Below, piece after piece: positions 27,762 through 36,919 of a stretch of 64,000 nucleotides of DNA (within the stretch, counting starts at the first letter, position 1; the number at the start of each line of letters is the position of its first letter). The notes beneath the pieces are model-generated. The model was not told where the DNA came from. It did no database searches and worked only from the letters and a program-made list of their open reading frames with translations. A program made the position numbers and the translations under genes. The DNA comes from Candidatus Latescibacterota bacterium. Lineage in GTDB: Bacteria; Latescibacterota; UBA2968. The stretch lies in contig OZ244960.1 in NCBI GenBank assembly GCA_965222605.1, forward strand, positions 1,216,001-1,280,000, read 5' to 3'.

Positions 27762-29996
27762 ATGAAACACATCCCCACATCCACAGCGCGATGGACAAAG
27801 GTCATCGTCCTCCTCTGTTTCGCTATGCCCACCTTTGCACAGAACCAGGCCTTTGTCCAGGGCCAGGTGCTCGACGAAACGGGCCGCCCAATGGCCTTTG
27901 TCAACGTGCAAATCACGGGCACGCTCGACGGCGCAATCACCAATCGCGACGGCCTCTTTGCCTTTTCCACGCAGCACATGGGCAAATGCAAACTGCATGC
28001 ATCCTTCATCGGCTTTGATCCAGCTCAGCAGGCCCTGTATCTAACGCCCGGTGATACTACAATCGTTCGCCTGATCCTGCGCCCCACCCTCATCCAACTC
28101 GACGAAACCATCGTCACGGGCAGCACCTATACCACTGGGGAAGACGAAACCGTAACCCTCTCCCCTCTGGACGTCGTAACAACACCCGGCGCTTCCGCAG
28201 ATATTTTCCGCGCATTCAAAACCTTCCCAGGCGTTGCGACCGTTGACGACGGCGCCGGCCTCTTTGTGCGCGGAGGCGACGTAAGCGAAACCGTCATATT
28301 GCTCGGACAAGCCACAGTGGTACATCCCTACAAATACGAATCGCCCACCGGTGGCGTCTTCGGCACCATCTCCCCCTTTATGGTACAGGGCACGACCTTC
28401 TCCACCGGCGGATTTCCCGCACGCTATGGCAACGCGCTTTCCGCTGTGCTGTCCATGGAAACCCAGAACATGCCCGTGCAAAAAAGCTACACACTCAACC
28501 TGGGCCTCGCCGCCGGCTCTCTCGGCCTCCACCTGCCCCTTGTGTCCGACAAACTCGGCGTACGCTTCACGGGCAATCTCAGCTTTACCGATCTATTGTT
28601 TCGCGTCAACCGTCATAGCAGCACATTCACCACCACGCCACGCGGGCACGACGCCAACCTCAATTTGATCTACCAGTACTCGCCGACTGGACGCCTCAAA
28701 TTCTTCAATTTCAACGCGAGCGACCGCCTCGGCGTGCGCGTCACAGAACCCTCCTTTGACGGCATTTACAAAGGCAGCACCAATAGCGCATTGCACAATC
28801 TCCAGTGGACGGACGTATTCGCCAATTGGATCATACAGACCAGCGCCTCGCTCAACCACCACACAGCGCGAAAACAACTGGGCAATCTGGATATCTCGCC
28901 CCGCGACCTGACCCTCAAACTTCGCACAGACATAGAACGCGCCCTCACCGCATCTGGATTCTTGCGCCTCGGTGGCGAAATCGAACACACGGACAACCGA
29001 ATCGTCGGCAGCATTCCTCAAGGCGATATATTCGACCCCCAGGCAGAGGTCTTTGAACTCGACACATCCTACGGAGCAAGGCGTGCGGGTGCCTACTTTG
29101 AAATCGACTTTGAGCCTGCCCACCGCATCGTCGTCAATCTCGGCACGCGTGCCGATCACCACAACCTGGCCGACCAGTTTGTCATAGACCCGCGCGTATC
29201 TGCGCGCTACCAGTTCACCAAGCACACAGATGCACGCCTTGCCTGGGGCATCTATCACCAATTTCCCGACCCGTCCAAATACAATTCCACCAGCGGCAAT
29301 CCCGACCTTGAACCTCAACGCGCACAACACAGGATCATAGGCCTGCACCACGAACGCGACCAGTTCATGATGCGGCTGGAAGCATACCACAAACCCTACC
29401 GCAACCTCGTACTGGATCATCCCGACCTGAACCTCGCAAACAACGGCAAAGGCAGTGCCTCTGGCTTAGATTTCTTTCTCAAACGCGGCGATTTTCTCAG
29501 CACGCGCTTCAGCGGATGGATGGCCTACAGCCTGCTGAGATCGCACCGCTTGCAGGTGCGCCACATCGGATCAGAGATGCACTACGAAGAAGCCCCATCG
29601 CCTTATGACATCACGCACAACCTGACACTGGTCGCAAAAATGCGGCTCATAGACGACCTCAGCGGCGGCCTGACCCTGAGATATGCCACCGGGCGTCCCA
29701 TCACCCCAATCGTGGGTGCAATTCCCGTAGCAGATCAGAACTACTACCTGCCCATTGAAGGGCGCGTCGGCTCAGAACGACTGCCGTCCTTTCAGCAAGT
29801 GGATGGGCAACTGAGCTATTTGCTACCCTTTGGTGCAAATCACCAGGTCATCTTCTATCTGGCGATCAACAATTTGTTCAACCGTGCCAACGTGCTCGAC
29901 TATGATTACTCTCTGGACTACAGCCAACGTCAGCCCCGCACCACTACCTTTCGCCGATCCATTTACTTCGGTGCTACCGTTATCTTAAACCCATAA
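27762..29996 (+). CDS. TonB-dependent outer-membrane receptor with an N-terminal carboxypeptidase-regulatory-like domain
   Basis: Signal peptide, GQVLDETG..VNV, plug LFVRGG and GGFPARYGNALS, C-terminal AINNLFNRAN..YFG. Confidence 0.92.
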   Translation: MKHIPTSTARWTKVIVLLCFAMPTFAQNQAFVQGQVLDETGRPMAFVNVQITGTLDGAITNRDGLFAFSTQHMGKCKLHASFIGFDPAQQALYLTPGDTTIVRLILRPTLIQLDETIVTGSTYTTGEDETVTLSPLDVVTTPGASADIFRAFKTFPGVATVDDGAGLFVRGGDVSETVILLGQATVVHPYKYESPTGGVFGTISPFMVQGTTFSTGGFPARYGNALSAVLSMETQNMPVQKSYTLNLGLAAGSLGLHLPLVSDKLGVRFTGNLSFTDLLFRVNRHSSTFTTTPRGHDANLNLIYQYSPTGRLKFFNFNASDRLGVRVTEPSFDGIYKGSTNSALHNLQWTDVFANWIIQTSASLNHHTARKQLGNLDISPRDLTLKLRTDIERALTASGFLRLGGEIEHTDNRIVGSIPQGDIFDPQAEVFELDTSYGARRAGAYFEIDFEPAHRIVVNLGTRADHHNLADQFVIDPRVSARYQFTKHTDARLAWGIYHQFPDPSKYNSTSGNPDLEPQRAQHRIIGLHHERDQFMMRLEAYHKPYRNLVLDHPDLNLANNGKGSASGLDFFLKRGDFLSTRFSGWMAYSLLRSHRLQVRHIGSEMHYEEAPSPYDITHNLTLVAKMRLIDDLSGGLTLRYATGRPITPIVGAIPVADQNYYLPIEGRVGSERLPSFQQVDGQLSYLLPFGANHQVIFYLAINNLFNRANVLDYDYSLDYSQRQPRTTTFRRSIYFGATVILNP

Positions 29997-30012
29997 ACTC
30001 AGGAGAAAAACC

Positions 30013-30873
30013 ATGCAATACATTTTACTCGCATTCGTCGTCTCCCTCATCATCTTCACCAAACTCGGATATGCGGCTGCACGGCAACCAGCTAATGAAC
30101 AAAATCCCGACCTCACCGAGCCGGCTGTTGCATCTGACGAACTTGCACAACCCGCCGCCAATCTCCTCATCAGCGGCAAGAATATCCTGCAACAGGGCGT
30201 AAATGAGGGCAACCTCGACGCAATGTACGCCGCTCGGGCGACATTTGAACGCGCTCTGGCCGATAAAAACCTATCGGCATGGAGCCATTACTACATCGCC
30301 CTTACCGACTACCGCATCGCCAACTATCTATTAGCTCAAGGAAAAAAGAACAAAGACCAGGCCTCTAAACACCTCAAGGAAGCGGCTGAGCATTTGGAAG
30401 AAGCTACCCGGAAAGATGTCACCCGAGAAGATACCAAAGCGATCGCTGCCGAAGTCTATGCACTGCTCTCAAGCGTGTACGGACGGCAAATCAGCCTGAG
30501 TGGAATCAAAGGCATGTTCCTGGGACCTAAATCTGGCAATCTCTTAAAAAAAGCCGAGCAACTCGCGCCCGACAATCCGCGTGTGGTCCTGAGCGCAGCC
30601 ATCAGTGCTTTTAACACACCCAAAATGTGGGGCGGAAGCAAGGAAAGGGCGATGGAAGGATTCCAGCGCGCCGCATATCTCTTTGCCCAAGAAAAACCGA
30701 CCGATCCCATCCATCCCGTTTGGGGACACAGCGAGACCTATGCCTGGCTGGGCATCGCTTATCTGGACAGGGAGGAAAGGGATGAGGCGCGAGCGGCTTT
30801 TGAAAAAGCACTCGAGATTGATCCAGATAATGGCTGGGTCAAATATGAGCTATTGCCGAAGGTCACAGAATAG
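30013..30873 (+). CDS. Exported TPR-repeat protein
   Basis: N-terminal hydrophobic leader; AEQLAPDNPR; AWLGIAY...AFEKALEIDPD. Confidence 0.85.
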   Translation: MQYILLAFVVSLIIFTKLGYAAARQPANEQNPDLTEPAVASDELAQPAANLLISGKNILQQGVNEGNLDAMYAARATFERALADKNLSAWSHYYIALTDYRIANYLLAQGKKNKDQASKHLKEAAEHLEEATRKDVTREDTKAIAAEVYALLSSVYGRQISLSGIKGMFLGPKSGNLLKKAEQLAPDNPRVVLSAAISAFNTPKMWGGSKERAMEGFQRAAYLFAQEKPTDPIHPVWGHSETYAWLGIAYLDREERDEARAAFEKALEIDPDNGWVKYELLPKVTE

Positions 30874-30890
30874 CATGAGCAACGCATTGT

Positions 30891-30936
30891 AAAAAAAATG
30901 ACCGCGAATCGAAATATCTCGCGGTCATTTTTTTTA
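30891..30936. terminator. Bidirectional intrinsic terminator
   Basis: AAAAAAAATGACCGCGA...TCGCGGTCATTTTTTTT. Confidence 0.88.
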
Positions 30937-31025
30937 GAAATCGGTTGACAGTATCTTCAATCGCCTATTACATTTGATCTCTTCCAAACAGAAATGGCGA
31001 AAACTCAACCCACAAAGGAACGCAC

Positions 31026-32117
31026 ATGTCCAACGACAACATCATTCGCGTCGCCATCGGCGGCCAGGGTCGCAGTGGATACAACATCCATGCCAACCAA
31101 TTGCGCCAGATGCCCGACAAATTCAAAATTGTGGCTGTAGCAGATCAATTGCCCGAGCGTCGGCGCGATGCCCGCGAACAATTTGGAGCCGAAGCTTATG
31201 AAGACTGGCAAGACATGATCAAAGCGGGTGGATTTGATCTCTTTGTCAATGCCCTGCACCAGCCTCTACACCCCGTCGCCAGCATTGCCGCTCTCAAAGC
31301 GGGTGGCCATGTCGTATGCGAAAAACCCACCTGCAAAACCGTGGCGCAATTCGACGACATTGTTCAGACAGCCAGAGACAACAACCGCGTCTTTGCCCCC
31401 TTTCAGAACAACCGGTTGCAGCCCTACTTTGACAAAATACAGGAAATCATCAACTCGGGCGTTTTGGGCAAAATTGTGTACATCCGATCATCCTGGGGCG
31501 GTTTTTCGCGGCGCTGGGACTGGCAAACCCGTCAGGAAAACTGGGGCGGCGGCCTGCTCAACACAGGTCCCCATCCCGTTGATCAAGCCCTCTGCCTCTT
31601 TGGCTTTGACCACACACCCAGCGTCTTTGCCCGAATGGACTGCAACAACCCCTTTGATGGCGATGCCGACGATCACTGCACCGTCACATTGTACGACCCC
31701 GAACGGCAGGCACCCCAAATCGACATCGTCGTGAGCAACTACCTGCATTATCCGCAAAACGACACCTACACCATTAACGGCACCTGCGGCGGTCTCACAG
31801 GGGGATCATCAGCACTCAAATGGCGTTATTTTGACCCCGAAAAAGCACCCAAACACGACATGTGGACATGGTCGGTAAATCGACAATACACCCGCGAAGA
31901 ACTCGACTGGACCGAAGAAACGTGGACACTGGAAGAAGAAAAGAAAAACAACAGTTCTCCCTCCGTCTCACTCGAAAGCGGTCCCGAACGCTTCTACAAC
32001 AACATCTACGACGTCCTCAAAAACAACGGCCAACTCCTCATCACACCCGCGCAGGTACGCCAACAAATCGCCGTGATGGAAGAATCCCATCGGCAAAATC
32101 CACTTCCCACAAAATAA
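31026..32117 (+). CDS. Gfo/Idh/MocA family oxidoreductase
   Basis: GGQGRSG, HVVCEKP, GGGLLNTGPH. Confidence 0.92.
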   Translation: MSNDNIIRVAIGGQGRSGYNIHANQLRQMPDKFKIVAVADQLPERRRDAREQFGAEAYEDWQDMIKAGGFDLFVNALHQPLHPVASIAALKAGGHVVCEKPTCKTVAQFDDIVQTARDNNRVFAPFQNNRLQPYFDKIQEIINSGVLGKIVYIRSSWGGFSRRWDWQTRQENWGGGLLNTGPHPVDQALCLFGFDHTPSVFARMDCNNPFDGDADDHCTVTLYDPERQAPQIDIVVSNYLHYPQNDTYTINGTCGGLTGGSSALKWRYFDPEKAPKHDMWTWSVNRQYTREELDWTEETWTLEEEKKNNSSPSVSLESGPERFYNNIYDVLKNNGQLLITPAQVRQQIAVMEESHRQNPLPTK

Positions 32118-32138
32118 GGTGCAGCAAAGGAAAACCCC

Positions 32139-32990
32139 ATGAGCATCCCCATCTTAGACACCCATCAACACCTCATCTATCCGAGCAAATATCCCTATTC
32201 GTGGACCGATGGCCTACCGCCACTCAAAGGCAATGCCTTCCACATCGAAGACTATTTGACCGTCACAAAAGGCAGCGGCATCACGCGCACCATTTTCATG
32301 GAAGCCTCGCCCAATGACCCCCACTGGCATGACGAAACGCAATTTGTTTATGAACTATCCGAACAACCCAATGCCATAATCGAAGGCGTCATCGCCAACT
32401 GCCGTCCCGAATCCCCCTCTAAATTTGAAGCCTATATCGAATCTGTCCAGCACCCCAAACTCGTCGGCTTCCGCCGCATCCTGCACACCATGCCCGACGA
32501 CCTTTCCCAATCGGATCACTTCGCGGCAAACATCCGCCTCCTCAAAAAATTCAACCTCACCTTCGACCTCTGCTTCCGCGCCGACCAACTACCCATCGCC
32601 CGCGATCTCGCGCAAAAATGTCCAAACGTCCAATTCATCCTCGACCACTGCGGCGTGCCGGATATTGCAAACAACGAGACAGATCCCTGGCGTGACCACA
32701 TCGCGCAAATGGCCGCCCTCCCCAATGTCGCCTGCAAAATCTCGGGCGTCCTGGCTTACTGCGCCGAGGGAAATGCCACCACCGAAGCGGTACGCCCCTA
32801 TGTAGAACACTGCATCGCCAGCTTCGGCTGGAATCGCGTGGTCTGGGGCAGCGACTGGCCCGTTTGCAACACGCGGTCTGATCTTCCAGCCTGGGTCCAA
32901 ATATCGCGCGAAATCGTCGCCAATGCCGACGAGGCAGACCAAGAAAAACTCTTCCACAAAAACGCAGAACGCATCTACCTAAAAAAATAA
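32139..32990 (+). CDS. Amidohydrolase-2 family (sugar lactonase-like)
   Basis: DTHQH, ILDHCG, CKISG, WGSDWP, NAERIY. Confidence 0.9.
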   Translation: MSIPILDTHQHLIYPSKYPYSWTDGLPPLKGNAFHIEDYLTVTKGSGITRTIFMEASPNDPHWHDETQFVYELSEQPNAIIEGVIANCRPESPSKFEAYIESVQHPKLVGFRRILHTMPDDLSQSDHFAANIRLLKKFNLTFDLCFRADQLPIARDLAQKCPNVQFILDHCGVPDIANNETDPWRDHIAQMAALPNVACKISGVLAYCAEGNATTEAVRPYVEHCIASFGWNRVVWGSDWPVCNTRSDLPAWVQISREIVANADEADQEKLFHKNAERIYLKK

Positions 32991-32996
32991 TAACGA

Positions 32997-33794
32997 TCAC
33001 CCAACACGCGCGCTCAATCCCCCATCCACCGGAAGCAAAACGCCCGTAATATACTTCGCCTCATCTGAAGCGAGGAATAACGCAGCGGCAGCCACATCCC
33101 AGGCCGACCCCATCTTTTGTTCAAGAGGCACCTGTGCAGCGCGCTCCTGGCGAAGCGCATCCCGGTTGACACCCTGATCTTGAACGCGGGATTCAATCGC
33201 CATAGGCGTATCCATCAGACCGGGCAAAATCGCATTTACCCGAACACCATAAGGCGCGTTTTCAAGCGCGAGACTCTGCGTGAGCGCATTGATCCCCGCC
33301 TTGGCGATTTTGTACGCAAGCGTCCTGGGGCGAAAGCACACAGACGCCGTAGAAGAAATATTGATAATAACGCCATTTTTCTGCGCGCGCATAACGGGAA
33401 GTACATATTTACAGGTCAGGAACAGCCCTTTGAGATTGATATCCATAAGTCTCTGCCAGTCTTCACTACTCAGGCCAACAGAACCACCGTCGCCCCTCAA
33501 CGTACCGACATTATTGTGCAAAATATCGATACGCCCATAGCGATGGACGCAAGTCTCGGCAATAGCCTGACAATCATCTTCAATTGTAATATCCGCGCCG
33601 AGTACATAAGCGATCCCATCCTCTTGTAAAATCATCCGCGCGGTCTCCCCAGCAGACGCGATGTCTTTATCTACCAGAAGCACCCGCGCCCCCGCCCTGG
33701 CAAAACGAATGGCCGTTGCCCGTCCATTGCCAATGGTCTCGCCCGCCGACTGCCCTGCGCCAACGACAATCGCTATTTTGTCTTTAAGCTGCAT
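32997..33794 (-). CDS. Short-chain dehydrogenase/reductase
   Basis: IGNGRA, HNNVG, NISS, YKIAK (YxxxK), NAILPG, VDGG. Confidence 0.93.
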   Translation of the reverse strand: MQLKDKIAIVVGAGQSAGETIGNGRATAIRFARAGARVLLVDKDIASAGETARMILQEDGIAYVLGADITIEDDCQAIAETCVHRYGRIDILHNNVGTLRGDGGSVGLSSEDWQRLMDINLKGLFLTCKYVLPVMRAQKNGVIINISSTASVCFRPRTLAYKIAKAGINALTQSLALENAPYGVRVNAILPGLMDTPMAIESRVQDQGVNRDALRQERAAQVPLEQKMGSAWDVAAAALFLASDEAKYITGVLLPVDGGLSARVG

Positions 33795-33796
33795 AT

Positions 33797-35044
33797 TCAC
33801 TCTACCGCGCACGCATGCACAACATCCGACGCCATATTGATAAACGTATTCCCTTCAATCACCGTTCCGCGCGCTTCTCGCTCGATCGCAATCCCCACCT
33901 TCTGCCTTTCTGCTCCCGTATCCTCAATCCGATTATCCCGAATCTCCACATTGTATGTCGTACCGCGAATCTCAATCCCATATCCATTCTCGGCAAAACC
34001 ATTATCGCGAATCACACACGAATGAATCGCATTCCTGTGCGCTCCTCGAAACTCGGATAAAGGCGTCCGAAACAAAATGCCGACCTTGTGATTACCCACA
34101 ATCTCGCAATTGACAATGCGGTTATCCGTATCTCTGTGCCCAATTGAAATACCAAAATCCCGATTGTCCAAACACGCGCAATCCTCGGCGATGCCATCCG
34201 ACACCCCCCAACAAAAGAAAATACCCTGACTATTGCCCGTTGACCGACACAGACGAAACTGCGGCCGCTGCGATCCACTTCCCGGATGAAACCCCAGATT
34301 GGCATTGTTCTTCGACACACAATTTTCAAAAACAAAATCATCACAAACCTGAAAACTGAACCCATCGCCATTGTAATTGCGCGCCGTCACATTCCGAAAC
34401 GTATAGCGGTGGCAACGCTGCAAAAACACCGCACCTGAATAATTCCCATTGATCTCTTCATTCTCTTCCATATTGCCATCCAGAACTATATTTTCAATAT
34501 TTACATCGCAAACCCCTTCTTCCGCCGTCAAAATGGGGAAAATCGTCGCCAGCGTCGCCCGTTCATCCAACCACATATTTTTATACACGCGCTTGCTAAG
34601 CGAAATCACCCGCCCCTCAATCGCCGTCACAGTATCTTTCACCACCGTCATCCCGGACTTGCCATAAGACCGCAACATCACCCCGCATCCCACGCTGAAC
34701 CCGCTTGTGTCCTCCACCTCAACCTGCGCCTCATACCAATCGGAATCCCGCACCAAAGGGGTAACAACCCCCTCCGCCTTCTTCAGCACCGTCGCACTAC
34801 CCAACCCGCGCACAGTCAAATTTGGATGCAAATAAAGCGCGTTGCGCATCGTATATATCCCCGGCAAAATCTGCAAAACACCGCCGCCCAGACGGTGCAA
34901 ATAATCCACACCAGCCTGCAAAATCCTATCATCGCCCCCCTGCAAATCCCCCTCGCCCTGCCCCACCGTCAACACCATATCCCGCCGTGTTGTCATAGGC
35001 CGATTAGCAGAAAAATCCGACATGTCGAAGCTCCTCAAATTCAT
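33797..35044 (-). CDS. Right-handed parallel beta-helix (pectin-lyase fold) protein
   Basis: LQAGVDY..GGGVLQILPG, then stacked repeats NYNGDG, NNANLG, GNSQG, DNRDFG, GNHKVG. Confidence 0.82.
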   Translation of the reverse strand: MNLRSFDMSDFSANRPMTTRRDMVLTVGQGEGDLQGGDDRILQAGVDYLHRLGGGVLQILPGIYTMRNALYLHPNLTVRGLGSATVLKKAEGVVTPLVRDSDWYEAQVEVEDTSGFSVGCGVMLRSYGKSGMTVVKDTVTAIEGRVISLSKRVYKNMWLDERATLATIFPILTAEEGVCDVNIENIVLDGNMEENEEINGNYSGAVFLQRCHRYTFRNVTARNYNGDGFSFQVCDDFVFENCVSKNNANLGFHPGSGSQRPQFRLCRSTGNSQGIFFCWGVSDGIAEDCACLDNRDFGISIGHRDTDNRIVNCEIVGNHKVGILFRTPLSEFRGAHRNAIHSCVIRDNGFAENGYGIEIRGTTYNVEIRDNRIEDTGAERQKVGIAIEREARGTVIEGNTFINMASDVVHACAVE

Positions 35045-35181
35045 AAGTTATCTCACACGCACAAATCCAAAGATAAGAATGGATTATCCTGCATCCAAAG
35101 ACAATGTGTAATGTCAGATAAAAAACAAAAAGCTCCGGTACAACACCAGAGCTTTTCTGTTCCACTTGTCCAGAAAACGCG

Positions 35182-35367
35182 ACTATTTGGTCAAGAACGG
35201 CTCACTCGTTACCACGAGCAGGATCAGATCTTTCAGACCATAGCCCTGTGATTTCAACTCATGTACGATGCGTTCTACCTCGGCGCGGTCGGTGGCTTCC
35301 AATGTGCGACCTGTCGCATAGGTCAGCATCTTTTCGGTCAGGCAGTGGGCAAATTGATCCTTCTTTT
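35182..35367 (-). pseudogene. C-terminal fragment of a DUF1585/DUF1592-type (planctomycete PSD) protein, abutting the IS
   Basis: Manual translation KKDQFAHCLTEKMLTYATGRTLEATDRAEVERIV...YGLKDLILLVVTSEPFLTK*. Confidence 0.75.
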
Positions 35368-36560
35368 CAATACCTTCGCCAAAAAAGTATAGTTAAAGGC
35401 CATCTCTGCGTGTATGTTTAAAGCATTTTTTGGATTCCTCGGCCTGCTATATTTTGGCTGGCGATGAGGTTGTAGTGACCAAATCAGGGAAGCAGACCTA
35501 TGGTTTAGGTCGGTTTTTCTCGTCGCTTTACAAGCGTGCCGTGCCCGGCGTATGCTTTTTTTCATTCGCGCTGATCAATACACAGACGCGGCGTGCCTAT
35601 CCTGTGCTATGCCAACAAGTGCTATCGGATAAAGATAAGGATGAACAGACCACCCCGTCAAAGAAAAAGCAAGCAGAAGCAGAAAAAGCCTCAAAAAGTC
35701 CCAAGAGGAAGCCCGGCAGACCCAAAGGGAGCAAGAATAAAGACAAAAGAAACCCCGACTTGTCACCCTATTTGCGCTTTATCCAGACCCACCTTAAAGG
35801 ACTCATACAACGCATGGGCACAGCCTTACCTTTCACCTATCTCGTCTTGGACGGTGCCTTTGGACACAATGATGCCCTCCAAATGACCCGACAATGCAAG
35901 ATGCATCTCATCTCCAAACTCAAAAGCAACTCGGCCTTGTATTTCCCCTATCAAGGCCCTCAAAAAGAGAGAGGCCAAAGACGCATATACGGCGATAAAA
36001 TAGATTACGACAACATACCGCATACCGATTTGAAAAACACAACCTATCAACAGGCCATTCAAACCCAAATTTATCACCTGATCTTGCGACATCAAAGCTT
36101 TGCCGACCCCATAAATGTCGTGCTCATCGTCAAAACGCATCTCGAAACACACAGAAAAGCCCACGTTGTCTTATTCAGCAGTGATCTTAACCTATCCTAT
36201 GAGACACTCATGGACTACTACGCTTTGCGCTTTCAAATTGAGTTCACCTTCCGCGATGCCAAGCAGTTTTGGGGCTTGGAAGATTTTATGAACATCACAC
36301 AAACTGCCGTCCATAATGGCGCCAATCTCGCTTTCTTCATGGTCAATATCGCACACATTATCCTGCAAAATGTGCGACAAGACACCGGCATAACCGATTG
36401 GAGTGTCCAAGACCTCAAGGCGCGGTTCACTGGCCTAAAATATGTCCGCGAAACATTAAAATTGCTTCCGAAAAAACCACATCCTATTTTTATTCGCCAT
36501 ATTAACACACATATCGCCACATTAGGGGCTATTCGCGCCGCTTAAATGGCGAAGGTATTG
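35368..36560. mobile_element. Insertion sequence (IS4/IS701-like DDE), 1193 bp, internally deleted
   Basis: 14-bp perfect TIRs CAATACCTTCGCCA (35368-35381) / TGGCGAAGGTATTG (36547-36560). Confidence 0.9.
35430..36545 (+). CDS. DDE transposase, N-terminally truncated
   Basis: LAGDEVVVTKSGK, LVLDGAFG, YALRFQIEFTFRDAKQFWG; the first catalytic Asp lies only ~12 residues after the ORF start. Confidence 0.85.
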   Translation: MDSSACYILAGDEVVVTKSGKQTYGLGRFFSSLYKRAVPGVCFFSFALINTQTRRAYPVLCQQVLSDKDKDEQTTPSKKKQAEAEKASKSPKRKPGRPKGSKNKDKRNPDLSPYLRFIQTHLKGLIQRMGTALPFTYLVLDGAFGHNDALQMTRQCKMHLISKLKSNSALYFPYQGPQKERGQRRIYGDKIDYDNIPHTDLKNTTYQQAIQTQIYHLILRHQSFADPINVVLIVKTHLETHRKAHVVLFSSDLNLSYETLMDYYALRFQIEFTFRDAKQFWGLEDFMNITQTAVHNGANLAFFMVNIAHIILQNVRQDTGITDWSVQDLKARFTGLKYVRETLKLLPKKPHPIFIRHINTHIATLGAIRAA

Positions 36561-36919
36561 TTCAAGAGCGGATCATTTATGCAATAAGTAGCATAAGGGA
36601 AGTCTGCGATTGATAAACGGCTGTTTGTGGCCTGAATAAAGGCTCTGTAAGTCCTATGTTTATTTGTATCGGGACAGAATTCGGAATTCGGCAACAGCAT
36701 CCAAAGCGGGGTAACTCCACATTCGTGGCGTAAGTCATGCCCCATATATAGAGAGTTTTCCATTCTCTGCAAGAGACAAGTTGTCCACTAAAATAGTTCA
36801 ATCCGTCCACGTCACCGTTACAGTGAATGTTTGGCTGGATGGTACCCCCTCATCAGGGGTCACTGTCACTGTGATCATTGCATTGCTCGCACTCATTGGC
36901 GTGATTGCCACGACTGAAC

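Noticed and set aside
36561-36797. Short ORFs between the IS and the giant gene
   Set aside because: No RBS, motif or convincing structure; left unassigned.
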